From IMG/VR virus record IMGVR_UViG_3300010998_001248: a stretch of 64,000 bases of DNA; one strand, given 5' to 3'. Shown in pieces: positions 18,839 through 28,637 of the stretch (position 1 is the stretch's first letter; each line of letters begins with the position of its first letter). The notes under the pieces were generated by a model. The model did no database searches, was not told the DNA's origin, and worked only from the letters and a program-made list of their open reading frames with translations. The position numbers were made by a program, and so were the translations under genes. Source of the stretch: an uncultured virus (IMG/VR IMGVR_UViG_3300010998_001248) (Duplodnaviria; Heunggongvirae; Uroviricota; Caudoviricetes).

Positions 18839-19196
18839 TCACATCACCTTCTTCATCATCTGGAATACCATTTCCGTTAGCATCTAAAGCAATTTTTGTT
18901 TCACTGGTAACATCAGTAATGTACTTAATCAAAGCCAAAAAGCCAGCACCACAAAGAGGTTTAATGCCTTCCAATAACATGAGTAAATCAAGCTTTGCTA
19001 AAATGACCCACTGATATAACCAACCAATCAGAAACAATGTAAATAACATACATAAATAAATGCACACGAAATTAATCATGTGCATCTTTCCAACTCTATG
19101 TTCTGTTATTTTGTCTGAAAACATCTGTACTACAGAAAAGATTTTATCAACCATTCTCTTCATAGCTGATACCTTCTTCTGTAACAGGATGAACAC
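18807..19196 (-). CDS. Holin-like membrane protein
   Basis: Two hydrophobic segments and an acidic DANGNGIPD tail; upstream of the putative lysin. Confidence 0.6.
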   Translation of the reverse strand: MFILLQKKVSAMKRMVDKIFSVVQMFSDKITEHRVGKMHMINFVCIYLCMLFTLFLIGWLYQWVILAKLDLLMLLEGIKPLCGAGFLALIKYITDVTSETKIALDANGNGIPDDEEGDVIDKGNPVSEK

Positions 19197-19518
19197 TCAT
19201 AGCTTCAATTTTTCTCATGTTAGCTGTCCGGATTCCATTTCCACCTGCTTCATGGTAAATCTTGTAAGAATGAGCATATTTTTCTTTTTTGTCTATAGGG
19301 CAATAACCAAGTGCTTCATATTTTTCGTATGCATCATCTAAATAATTGCCAAGTAACTCACACAAACCACTTTTAACAAGTTCTAAATCGCCAACAATCT
19401 TCTCCATTCTCTGCTCTCTCTCTTTCTGCCTTGCTTCATACTTAATCTGCATACGAAGTACAACACCTGAGAGAACAGAAACCGCAACACCAACTATAAT
19501 ATTGATTAGCACTTCCAT
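19147..19518 (-). CDS. Lysis-cassette membrane protein (holin-associated family)
   Basis: N-terminal TM segment, coiled coil, Y..YH..GGNG motif. Confidence 0.6.
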   Translation of the reverse strand: MEVLINIIVGVAVSVLSGVVLRMQIKYEARQKEREQRMEKIVGDLELVKSGLCELLGNYLDDAYEKYEALGYCPIDKKEKYAHSYKIYHEAGGNGIRTANMRKIEAMSVHPVTEEGISYEENG

Positions 19519-19529
19519 TTAATCACCCC

Positions 19530-20618
19530 TCATTCTGAATTGAATTTACCTCCAATCGCTGAAATGATTTTTTTAACTGCCTTTTCAACACTTTCAAAAA
19601 AGACTATATTTATTGCACATGATTTCCGTAAGCCATTTTCACCTTCCGGTTCTAAAGGACAGCCACCACTACAATAATCTTTAATAACACATTCTTCACA
19701 TGCTTTTAACTTTTTACTATTTAGCCATTTTTCATAGTTCTCAATATATTTTTCTCTGTTGTCATTAACATTACCAATCACAACGCCAGTATTATGACAG
19801 GCATATATGTTCCCATCTAAATCAACATTCAAATTATGATATATTTGACCACAATTCAAATAATGATTATTACCATCCATGCCATTAGCTACAGTCTTAA
19901 TAAAAGGCAAAGCTACCAACAATCTTTTAGTGATGTTCCCACTTAATAGATCATCAGCAGCTTGATTAAAAAATGATTCAGTATTCTTTCTATATTCATC
20001 TAAATCTAAGCAGTACAGCTCTTTAGGCATATCCCATGTAACACGTAAAAGCTCAATATTAGGAACTGCTTTAGGTAATACGATATTCCAATAACCAATT
20101 AATGTATCATAATCAATGTTAAAAGCTGAAGTAGTTGCATCTACAGACAAATTATTAATCTGATTTAACATTGATTTAATCACTAAATCTTTGATAACAT
20201 CTACCCTACGTGTCTTAATGGTATTAATCCCATCATGGCTAAGAGTAAAATTAATATCATTCTCATTCAGAAAATCAACTATATCATGATTCAGTAAACT
20301 CCCATTACTGACAATACCATAAGTAAAGGAACTACCAAAAATCTTTACTATTTCCTTAATTTGTTCAAAGTAAAGTAAAGGTTCACCACCCCAAAACATA
20401 ATGTGAATTTTCTTTTGATTATCACGCTCTTTTATTAATCTCCATAAATACTGCTGTAATTTTTCGCTGATATGTTTCTCTTTATCAGGCTTCATATCAC
20501 ATTGCAAACAGTATTTACAATGGAAATTACAAGCACTACCAAGCATGATATATATACGATTAATATTAGATTCACGAAAACGCATTATTTTTTTATCTGT
20601 TTTTACACGAAAACGCAT
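19530..20618 (-). CDS. Radical SAM protein with SPASM-type C-terminal domain (rSAM-2)
   Basis: CNFHCKYC, WGGEPLL, SNG, SHDG; C-terminal CGQ...IYACH...CEECVIKDYCSGGCP...C. Confidence 0.92.
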   Translation of the reverse strand: MRFRVKTDKKIMRFRESNINRIYIMLGSACNFHCKYCLQCDMKPDKEKHISEKLQQYLWRLIKERDNQKKIHIMFWGGEPLLYFEQIKEIVKIFGSSFTYGIVSNGSLLNHDIVDFLNENDINFTLSHDGINTIKTRRVDVIKDLVIKSMLNQINNLSVDATTSAFNIDYDTLIGYWNIVLPKAVPNIELLRVTWDMPKELYCLDLDEYRKNTESFFNQAADDLLSGNITKRLLVALPFIKTVANGMDGNNHYLNCGQIYHNLNVDLDGNIYACHNTGVVIGNVNDNREKYIENYEKWLNSKKLKACEECVIKDYCSGGCPLEPEGENGLRKSCAINIVFFESVEKAVKKIISAIGGKFNSE

Positions 20619-21289
20619 TATTTACTCCAATCATAAACCAATCGTTCTAAATCAATCATCCTGCCTTTATACCTACAATTTTGAGTACCGATATAAGCCA
20701 TCTCTCCAGGAACATAGCGAAAATTGATAGTATTCAAGCCATCTTGCAATTTAAAACTTTGTCCTGCATGATTAAAGTAAATATCTTCTTTCCAAAAATC
20801 TGATCTAACTAATTCAAAACTAATATTGATACAATTATCAACAATGTTGCCTTTAACATTTTTCAAAGTCCAGCTATATTGCCAATCAAGAGGATGAATA
20901 TAATCTTTAGTGCAATGCTTGTAACTGGAAAAGTCTGTAGTATCAGACTGTAATTCAGTTTCACCTTTTAACAAAAAGACTTTTATAAACAAATCATTTT
21001 CGCTTTTATCAATCTGCATTAATCCTCTATTGTTAAATGTACGCAACATTTCTAAAGGAGTCATATCTAATACCTGTAATATCTCCCTAAAGTTATATAG
21101 AGAATACAGATTGTCAGTAACAGGATTGTACATCACCATTGTAGAAGAACCATTTCTCAAAAGTTCCGTATCAATCACTACTTGCTTTTTGTCAAGTATT
21201 AAAACAAGCTTTTTACCATTAATATTAAGCTTCATCTGTTCTTGACTATGACTTTTACTTACTGCATTAGGAAAAATAAATAAATGCAA
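20618..21289 (-). CDS. Hypothetical protein of the rSAM module
   Basis: 223-aa ORF tightly packed between the two rSAM genes. Confidence 0.7.
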   Translation of the reverse strand: MHLFIFPNAVSKSHSQEQMKLNINGKKLVLILDKKQVVIDTELLRNGSSTMVMYNPVTDNLYSLYNFREILQVLDMTPLEMLRTFNNRGLMQIDKSENDLFIKVFLLKGETELQSDTTDFSSYKHCTKDYIHPLDWQYSWTLKNVKGNIVDNCINISFELVRSDFWKEDIYFNHAGQSFKLQDGLNTINFRYVPGEMAYIGTQNCRYKGRMIDLERLVYDWSK

Positions 21290-22216
21290 TTACATAAACT
21301 CCTTGTGTAATTCATAAAACTTTTTAAACCAGGAATACAACTTAAAATAATACCTACATTCTTTCTCATGCTCTAATGACTTGATACATGCTCCACCACA
21401 CATATCATACACATAGCATGAGCTACATTCAGGAAAATTAACTTTAATATGTTCACTAATATCATCCGGTTTTTGATTGCGTATATAAAGACACGAAAAT
21501 AATTCGCCTTCAGAATTACATTTCTGCCTATAATGATTCACACAATACGTTTCACCAAAATGATATTTAGCTTCATATTGCGACTTTAACTGAGTAAACA
21601 GTCCTTTATATCGCACATTCTCAACACCATATCTTATATAATCAAGTACATACTTTGTTACATACTTTTTATACTGTTCAACAATACTGTCAAAATCATC
21701 ATCAGTTAATCTGTATTGCTTATTACTGTCTGAAGTATAATGCATGATATGAGGAAAAAAAGATAAATGTTTACCTACAATCTTTTCCTTTTCAGCAAAC
21801 TTCTTGATAATATCGTTAAAATTAGTATTACCATGATAGAGTGTGCAAGAAACAGCAATATAAGGATAATCAATCACTTCCTGAAACGGATCATAACCTC
21901 TTAATTCATTATTTCCATCAAAACTGACACAAACTAAAAATTTATGAGATAAAAAATATGGCAGATATTTTTTAATACCTACACCATTCGTAGTTATCTT
22001 AAAATCTGCCATAGGATTAGCTTCTACAACTCTTTGAATATCATTCATATAAAGAGTAGGCTCTCCACCAATAAAGCTAATATGTTTTATATCATTTTTC
22101 TTTATGTAATTTAATAGGTTATCGCTTATGCCATTTTCTATACTATCTTTTTCTCTATGACAGTATTTGCAATTCAGATTACATTTACTACCAAGATATA
22201 TGGTTAAAGCTTTCAA
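21290..22216 (-). CDS. Radical SAM protein with SPASM-type C-terminal domain (rSAM-1)
   Basis: CNLNCKYC, IGGEPTL, TTNG, SFDG; C-terminal YC...SCLY...CSSCYVYDMCGGAC...C. Confidence 0.92.
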   Translation of the reverse strand: MKALTIYLGSKCNLNCKYCHREKDSIENGISDNLLNYIKKNDIKHISFIGGEPTLYMNDIQRVVEANPMADFKITTNGVGIKKYLPYFLSHKFLVCVSFDGNNELRGYDPFQEVIDYPYIAVSCTLYHGNTNFNDIIKKFAEKEKIVGKHLSFFPHIMHYTSDSNKQYRLTDDDFDSIVEQYKKYVTKYVLDYIRYGVENVRYKGLFTQLKSQYEAKYHFGETYCVNHYRQKCNSEGELFSCLYIRNQKPDDISEHIKVNFPECSSCYVYDMCGGACIKSLEHEKECRYYFKLYSWFKKFYELHKEFM

Positions 22217-22219
22217 TAT

Positions 22220-23029
22220 TTACTCCACTATCAAATTATATTCGTTCCAGACTTCATACCATTTTCTGCCAATCTTAATTTTAATCTGTCCTTTATGACC
22301 AAAAGGATATAACCGGAAATGACCTTTTCCATTTTTCAAAACTACCCTACGATTATTAACCAGACCAGCAGTAGATTCAACCAACACAACCTCATTATCA
22401 ATATCACGATTTAAAGGTTCTATAAAATCGCCTTTATATTTCTGTATGGTCAAATCGAAATACTCTTTATCAGATGTAAGAAATACTGTATTAGGTTCTT
22501 CTTTCAAAAACCCTTTTCTGTTTGATTTCCACTCTGTATTTTTAAAACTCAAAGAATAACTATCCCAAAGATTATCTCTTGGATGGTCTTGTTTAATCAA
22601 ATCGTCAGAATTAAAATATCCAATCTCATAATCTTCATCTGCATTAATAGTTGTATTTTCAGGTTTACCTTCAAAAATACGAATTATAATATCTCTTTCA
22701 GTACCATTGATAATACCTGTATCAAGCTGCATAATATCATAATCAGAGAAAAGCTGAATAATATTGGCAAAATCCATTTTGATACTAACACCAAGGCGAT
22801 TTAAATTTAAGAACTTATAATCAGACTTATGAATCTTTCTATAAATCTTAATCTTACCAGGTGTACATACAAGCGCATAGCTATTGTACGGAGATAATGT
22901 TTCTATAATATCAAATCCAGACTTACCACGTTCTTCATCCTGCACTTCTGCTTTAATACTCAAGCTCTGTAAAGTGAGTTTGATTGTATTATTCGCATTA
23001 GATTTTTTGTTAAATAGAATTTTTAACAT
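22220..23029 (-). CDS. Hypothetical protein of the rSAM module
   Basis: 269-aa ORF with AGGTGA RBS; beta-rich-looking C-terminus. Confidence 0.7.
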   Translation of the reverse strand: MLKILFNKKSNANNTIKLTLQSLSIKAEVQDEERGKSGFDIIETLSPYNSYALVCTPGKIKIYRKIHKSDYKFLNLNRLGVSIKMDFANIIQLFSDYDIMQLDTGIINGTERDIIIRIFEGKPENTTINADEDYEIGYFNSDDLIKQDHPRDNLWDSYSLSFKNTEWKSNRKGFLKEEPNTVFLTSDKEYFDLTIQKYKGDFIEPLNRDIDNEVVLVESTAGLVNNRRVVLKNGKGHFRLYPFGHKGQIKIKIGRKWYEVWNEYNLIVE

Positions 23030-23038
23030 TTCATCACC

Positions 23039-23413
23039 TTATATCAACGGATAATTCTCACAAAAGAAATTATCATCATTTTCAACACCAATATCATAGC
23101 AAGTGACAGGTTCTTCTAAATGTTGTATATAAACAGAATCGCTAACAATCCTTCCGTCACGTTGCATAATATAAATAGTTTTTTCTGCTAATTCGCTCAC
23201 ATCTTTAGCACCATAGATTGTGACAATCTTTGTATCTAAAGAAACAGCCAAATTAGGATTATTTTTGAACTTAATAATCGTATCAACCTTATTCTTCTTT
23301 AGCCGTAATATCTTTAAAGGTCTTGACATACGATTAATTGTACTATTTTTCTTTGTTAGTTCGGTTACATCTACATAACCTTTATTAGTTAAAATATTAC
23401 CTTTAACAATCAT
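23039..23413 (-). CDS. Stand-alone degenerate Hint (intein-like) domain protein
   Basis: ILTNKGYVDVTEL resembles Hint block A and VTCYDIGVENDDNFFCEN resembles block F/G; lacks Cys1, TxxH and terminal HN. Confidence 0.7.
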   Translation of the reverse strand: MIVKGNILTNKGYVDVTELTKKNSTINRMSRPLKILRLKKNKVDTIIKFKNNPNLAVSLDTKIVTIYGAKDVSELAEKTIYIMQRDGRIVSDSVYIQHLEEPVTCYDIGVENDDNFFCENYPLI

Positions 23414-23435
23414 ATATTATACCTCCCAACAATAA

Positions 23436-24236
23436 TCACGGCCCACCATCATCACCACAATCACAATCACAGTTACAGTTACAATTACAGTTCGATCCAG
23501 ACAACCTCTTTGATGTGTGAGTATGTGCCATATTTAATAATGCCTGTATCAATGTTTTGATAGAATAAGTTCCTGCCTTAACTGTAGCTTTGTTAACATT
23601 AAATGTTGTAATCCATTCACTTGTAGAAAATTGAGCAGACATAGAAGGATTAAGAGCTGCATGAGTACCGGCAGTAACAGCAAGAGAGTCATTACTTGCG
23701 TTTGCAACTGTAATAGTCCTCTTCCCGTATGAAGTTACTCTACCTTTAGCATCTACAGCAAAATACGGAACTGTAAAACTACGTGCTGTTGAATTAGTAG
23801 TATCTCCAACAGTACCAGCAGTAACCTTATTCCCTAAAGCAAGAGAAATAGATACAGAGCCATTATTACCTACAGTAGCACTACCAGTAATATCACCTGT
23901 TGCTGTAATATGCGTAAGTATTGAAACTAAAGTCCATTTACATGATCCATCTGTAAAAGTTGTTGTACTTGTTGACCATGCTGGCTCATTTGCCCCTGAA
24001 GTTCCTGCTGTAGTACATTTAGCGAATGTTCCAGCAGGAAGGTTAGGACTTCTTAAAAGCTGATTCAATACATATTTTGTAGATGGCTGCCACAAAACAG
24101 CATCAGTAATATTTTCAACTACAGCATGAGTGTTTTTTAAATATGCCTGTAATTCATCCTCTGTAGTAGGTGTTGAAGATGTTTCATACTGGAAAAACCT
24201 GTCTGTATCTCTTATAAGTTTAATTACTTCTGACAT
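23436..24236 (-). CDS. Tail fibre protein with C-terminal (N/D-C)x6 tract
   Basis: Fibre motifs WQPSTKY, CTTAGTSG..EP.W, TGDITGS, VDAKGRVT, HTH; ends SNCNCNCNCDCDCGDDGGP. Confidence 0.8.
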   Translation of the reverse strand: MSEVIKLIRDTDRFFQYETSSTPTTEDELQAYLKNTHAVVENITDAVLWQPSTKYVLNQLLRSPNLPAGTFAKCTTAGTSGANEPAWSTSTTTFTDGSCKWTLVSILTHITATGDITGSATVGNNGSVSISLALGNKVTAGTVGDTTNSTARSFTVPYFAVDAKGRVTSYGKRTITVANASNDSLAVTAGTHAALNPSMSAQFSTSEWITTFNVNKATVKAGTYSIKTLIQALLNMAHTHTSKRLSGSNCNCNCNCDCDCGDDGGP

Positions 24237-24250
24237 TTAATCACCTACCC

Positions 24251-27200
24251 TTAGTATAATGTTTCCTTAATAAACCCTTGCCAAGTCACATCAGCTACAG
24301 CAGATATAGCTGTCTTACTACCATCAGAATTAATCTTATTTACTTTAATCTTGCAAGGGATTCTATCCACAACCTCAAGTTCTAAAACACCATTAACGTT
24401 TGACTGTATAGTGTTAGCACGTACAGCAGTAGTATAATAATGAGGTGTTTTAATTGGAAGAGTTGTTCCAGAGGTTGATATAATTACATTGTCAAAAGTT
24501 TCCATTCTATCCGGAACATCAACATTGACAATAAATTTATTTAACTGAGCGTATTCATTAGCATTAGGCTCAATATGAATCATAATATGGACAGTATCAG
24601 TAGAACCTATCATAACCTTTCCGGTATAAGGCTTATATATACCTGAGAACTGCCATTGTGCTTTTGAAGCTGTATGCCAACCTGAATTAGAAGGTGTAGA
24701 CCACGCTAATGAACCATTTAGCAAACAATACTGTACTGTTGCAGAACCATTGGGAATTTCAAAATCAAGCCAGAACTGACCATAAGATAACGGCTGTGCA
24801 GGAATATAAATATCAAGAGCCTTGCCTTTTGCAGTACCTCTAATATGACCACCTGTAATAGTTCCATTATGGCTGACAACACCCCAATTATTAGCTGACA
24901 TATCTTTTTGGAAAACAATGTTATCCTGTAAAGGTTCACCAAGATTCAAAATACAAGAGCATGGATTTTTACTTTCATTTCCTGCATTATCTACAGCCTT
25001 AATCATTACAGTATGCACACCATCACGTAAAGCTGCTGTTTCAAAAGGCTGTGCAGTAATAAGACCTGTATGCAATTCATGAGCATTTTTCCATGAAGCA
25101 TTTGTGCCTTGAGTATATTTGATTTTAAAACCTGAAATGTCATTCGGTTTAGGATAAGTAAACTCCCACCAAAAACGCCTTACGCCTGTAGGCAACACTT
25201 CAGAGTCAATCTGCCTTACATCAGCAGGAGGTACATCTTTACCAACTACAGTAATTGCTTTAGTAGCTGGTCTGCCTTCAAGACCATCTTTAGATACACC
25301 CTGTACGCAAACCACCCATCTACCAGTAGAAATACCAGTAATTGCTACCGAATTATCAAAAGTAGAAGCATAAGTCTTATAAGTCTTACCACCATCTTTA
25401 GACATTGAAACTTTATAATGATCGAAATATTTATAAAGTAAATTATCCCAACTTACAAACACACCGATAACCAAAGACCCATCCTCAGCAGTATAAGAGT
25501 TTTCAATAACATCAAGATTACTTACTGCTGCCGCTGTCTTTAAATACGGACTGTCTTTATATGTGTAATTAGGAATTGATATTGTAGCACCAAGAGCATC
25601 ATTATAAATACTTGCGTTATATTGCCTACAAGTAAGCTGATATGTTCCTGCATTTGTTTCATCAATCTCTGTAATTCTAAACGGCATTTTTTTAAAGATA
25701 CCGCCATAAGTTACTCTGACAACATCTCCTGCTTCAAGCATCATGCCCTGTGTAGATACGCTAAACGATATTGTCAAAGAACAAGTCTTGTTCAAATCAC
25801 GATAAAGCCTACCTAAACGCAAAGCCTGTTGCTGAGAAGTACATCCGGTTAAACTTACAGTTTTCTCTACAATTCTGTTATTCCTATCTAACTGAGCTTC
25901 TAAATCTTCTACAATTACTTTAACTTCAGTCCAGTTTAAACCAGGTTCTATATATCCAATCTTATATCTGTTCGGAGTATCTTCAATAGAAGTCTGAGTG
26001 ATAGAAACACTGTCTTTTACAATATTATCATCTGTAAAATCATAAATAGGAATTTCCGCTTTCTCTACATGTAAAGCAATCTTTTTATTAATTGTTATCC
26101 ATGTTGCAGAGCAAGCAAACATCTCAGCTAACCAATCAAGAGGTTTTTTAGAGTTATCTAAAACCATATTTAACGTATAACGTTTTCTTTGCCTTGTAAC
26201 TCCCTTTTCGTCAACATAAGGAACATAAGCATCACAATACTTAGCAACTTCCTTAAAGCTGTTATCATCTAAATTGCTTTCTGCAATCCAATAACCACAG
26301 CCATATCTCTTATTGGTCAGGAAATCTCTTATAATCCATGCAGGATTTTCAGAATACTCTTCTACCCAAGCATTATTTTTCCATACTTTAACTTTCCTAC
26401 CCTGTACAATACCATTGATTGTAGGATTACCACCTGACAAACGTGCAGAAGCTATTAAATCAGCACGAATCCAGCAAACATTAGGATAACCGCCTACTTC
26501 ATCATAATTAGATGGAGTTTGACAATCGTATACATGATATGTTCCCATGCTATAACCTCTGTTATCGAGAACAACCATATTATTTCTTTCCGGATCAGAC
26601 GGGTCACAATAACAATTGCATGGCGTAGTTGTTTTAAATTGAATAGCGTTTGCATTAATACCCTTGCTTGATTTATCATTAACTGCTCCGTCAATTTTCC
26701 AACCATCACCAGCATCATTTCTGATATTTTCAATTACTGTTGTGAGTAATGCTGTCTGCTGATTTTGTGTTTCAACATCCTGACAAAGATATTCATGATA
26801 AGTTCCACCAGCTTCAAGTATTAGATAACCATTCCAATCTCCATCTTTTTTCCAACGTACTGTAGCATCTTCATACTGAGTATTGTATATGGAAACGTTT
26901 GTATTATTCTTAATTAAATCGTCATTCGCACATACATTGTAGACATTTTTAATGCCACCTTCGCAAATAACAACGTCCTTTTCAAGATTACGCTGAGAAT
27001 TGTGAGGATTATGCCAAGTTTGTAATCCACCCCACTTGCGAGTACCATAGATTACTGGTATAACAGCACTACTTGAAATTTCATTTGTTATTAAATCGAA
27101 CCGACTATTATCATTAGTACTGTAATCATCTACATCTAATCCAGGTGTTTTTGGTTTTTGGGTAACACTCCAGATAGTTGAAGCAATGCTCATGCCATAC

Positions 27201-27319
27201 ATAGCACCAGCAACAACACGTACAGAGCTGCCAAACCACCCCATAGCACCGCCAACAGCACCTAACGCAAAGCCGGCTATACTAAAGAGCAGTTTACCTG
27301 TGCTTTTGCCTTTACCCAA
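24251..27319 (-). CDS. Tail tip / host-specificity protein (lambda J-like)
   Basis: IPVIYG, GRKV, SENPAW..RDFLTNKRYG, FN3-like C-terminal region; 1022 aa. Confidence 0.85.
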   Translation of the reverse strand: MGKGKSTGKLLFSIAGFALGAVGGAMGWFGSSVRVVAGAMYGMSIASTIWSVTQKPKTPGLDVDDYSTNDNSRFDLITNEISSSAVIPVIYGTRKWGGLQTWHNPHNSQRNLEKDVVICEGGIKNVYNVCANDDLIKNNTNVSIYNTQYEDATVRWKKDGDWNGYLILEAGGTYHEYLCQDVETQNQQTALLTTVIENIRNDAGDGWKIDGAVNDKSSKGINANAIQFKTTTPCNCYCDPSDPERNNMVVLDNRGYSMGTYHVYDCQTPSNYDEVGGYPNVCWIRADLIASARLSGGNPTINGIVQGRKVKVWKNNAWVEEYSENPAWIIRDFLTNKRYGCGYWIAESNLDDNSFKEVAKYCDAYVPYVDEKGVTRQRKRYTLNMVLDNSKKPLDWLAEMFACSATWITINKKIALHVEKAEIPIYDFTDDNIVKDSVSITQTSIEDTPNRYKIGYIEPGLNWTEVKVIVEDLEAQLDRNNRIVEKTVSLTGCTSQQQALRLGRLYRDLNKTCSLTISFSVSTQGMMLEAGDVVRVTYGGIFKKMPFRITEIDETNAGTYQLTCRQYNASIYNDALGATISIPNYTYKDSPYLKTAAAVSNLDVIENSYTAEDGSLVIGVFVSWDNLLYKYFDHYKVSMSKDGGKTYKTYASTFDNSVAITGISTGRWVVCVQGVSKDGLEGRPATKAITVVGKDVPPADVRQIDSEVLPTGVRRFWWEFTYPKPNDISGFKIKYTQGTNASWKNAHELHTGLITAQPFETAALRDGVHTVMIKAVDNAGNESKNPCSCILNLGEPLQDNIVFQKDMSANNWGVVSHNGTITGGHIRGTAKGKALDIYIPAQPLSYGQFWLDFEIPNGSATVQYCLLNGSLAWSTPSNSGWHTASKAQWQFSGIYKPYTGKVMIGSTDTVHIMIHIEPNANEYAQLNKFIVNVDVPDRMETFDNVIISTSGTTLPIKTPHYYTTAVRANTIQSNVNGVLELEVVDRIPCKIKVNKINSDGSKTAISAVADVTWQGFIKETLY

Positions 27320-27332
27320 GTTCTCACCACCT

Positions 27333-28151
27333 TTAGCCTAATCTATATTCTTTCGGAACAGACAGAAAACCACCATAATTCTTTTGATTTCCATACTTCC
27401 TACATGTTTCAATTGTTTTGTCACAGTTTCTTTGTACTGTAGCTGTTTTAGCCATATCTCCCATAAAAGGATAAGCTAACTGAAAAATTCTCTGACCATT
27501 ATTATCATAATAATCTCGACTTATCATTTTCGTTTCATATCCCATGGTTAATAAACCATTATTGTAATACCCAACATCTAAACTTGATAAATCGTTTAAA
27601 ACTATAATTTTAGCACTTGTTGATGTTTCTGTATTGATACTTATTGTACGTGATGCCTTACTTGCCTTACATTCAGAATCGCCAAAAATAGAATTACAAT
27701 AATACTGAGTAGTTCTTGAAGGCTTAGTTGTATAAGGCATAGCAGCCTTAACCTGTACAGTAAATTCGCCATTGCTATATGTAGGATTATCTAAATATCC
27801 ATAAAAGACAATCATATATGCACTTGCATCAGTCAAGCTATCTGGATATAAGATTCTATCTATCTCACAATAACAACCACGAAAATCAAATCCTCCGACC
27901 AAAGCAGCTACCTTGCTTAAATCTGTATCGGCTATCTTTAACTCAACATTATCAATTTTTGAATCAACTGTTGATTTTATAGAACCTCTTTGTACCGGAA
28001 CAGGCTGATAATCATGACCAGCAAAAGAAACTACCTTATCACAATTACATAAACGTACTATCCCTGTAGTTAAAGTAAGTGTATATAATTCAACAAAGAA
28101 ATTTCCGTAAGCTTCTTTCGCTTTTTCAATAATTACAGGTAATATTTTCAT
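27333..28151 (-). CDS. Minor tail / hub protein (gpL, DUF2163-like)
   Basis: C...C...CDKTIETC..YGN..NYGGF cysteine pattern. Confidence 0.8.
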   Translation of the reverse strand: MKILPVIIEKAKEAYGNFFVELYTLTLTTGIVRLCNCDKVVSFAGHDYQPVPVQRGSIKSTVDSKIDNVELKIADTDLSKVAALVGGFDFRGCYCEIDRILYPDSLTDASAYMIVFYGYLDNPTYSNGEFTVQVKAAMPYTTKPSRTTQYYCNSIFGDSECKASKASRTISINTETSTSAKIIVLNDLSSLDVGYYNNGLLTMGYETKMISRDYYDNNGQRIFQLAYPFMGDMAKTATVQRNCDKTIETCRKYGNQKNYGGFLSVPKEYRLG

Positions 28152-28633
28152 GCGCTACCACCCTCAATTAAATCATAAGCAAAATCATCTCTTGTTTCAT
28201 TGCTTGTTGCATCTCCACAATCAATTAAAACACCTGTATCTGTGTCTAAGATAATATGTATAAATGGATCAGTATAAACTCCATCAATGTCAACTACCCT
28301 CATTGTTAAATCAACCGAAACAGAGCCTAATACCCTACCATTTTCATCAAATCCCCAAGTATCATTACTCTGCCAATCAGAAGTAAATTGACAAACATAT
28401 TCTTCATTATCATACATAAATAGAAATCTTTTGCTTTTCCTGTGCATTAAATAGAACTTTTCAATCTCTTTTAAATTAGCTTTTGTGCTATTGAAACTGA
28501 CCTGAAAAGTAACTACTGGAGCAACGCCAACCTCTTGTACAGCAAAAGCACCGCTTTCAAAATCTATAGTCCTATCAAGATAACGTATTGACCTTTTTAC
28601 ATCACCTTGCCATGAAAAATTAAAAACTTGCAT
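28148..28633 (-). CDS. Distal tail protein-like
   Basis: Position between the NlpC/P60 gene and the hub gene; appropriate size. Confidence 0.55.
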   Translation of the reverse strand: MQVFNFSWQGDVKRSIRYLDRTIDFESGAFAVQEVGVAPVVTFQVSFNSTKANLKEIEKFYLMHRKSKRFLFMYDNEEYVCQFTSDWQSNDTWGFDENGRVLGSVSVDLTMRVVDIDGVYTDPFIHIILDTDTGVLIDCGDATSNETRDDFAYDLIEGGSA

Positions 28634-28637
28634 AATA

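Noticed and set aside
23039..23460. Stop read-through fusing the Cys-rich fibre to the Hint domain
   Set aside because: After the TGA the fibre frame meets TAA within 11 codons; the Hint ORF is in another frame with its own RBS.
17573..24236. Second DGR variable repeat in the other fibre genes
   Set aside because: No further match to the TR was found by eye; the AAC-containing Cys tract does not align with it.
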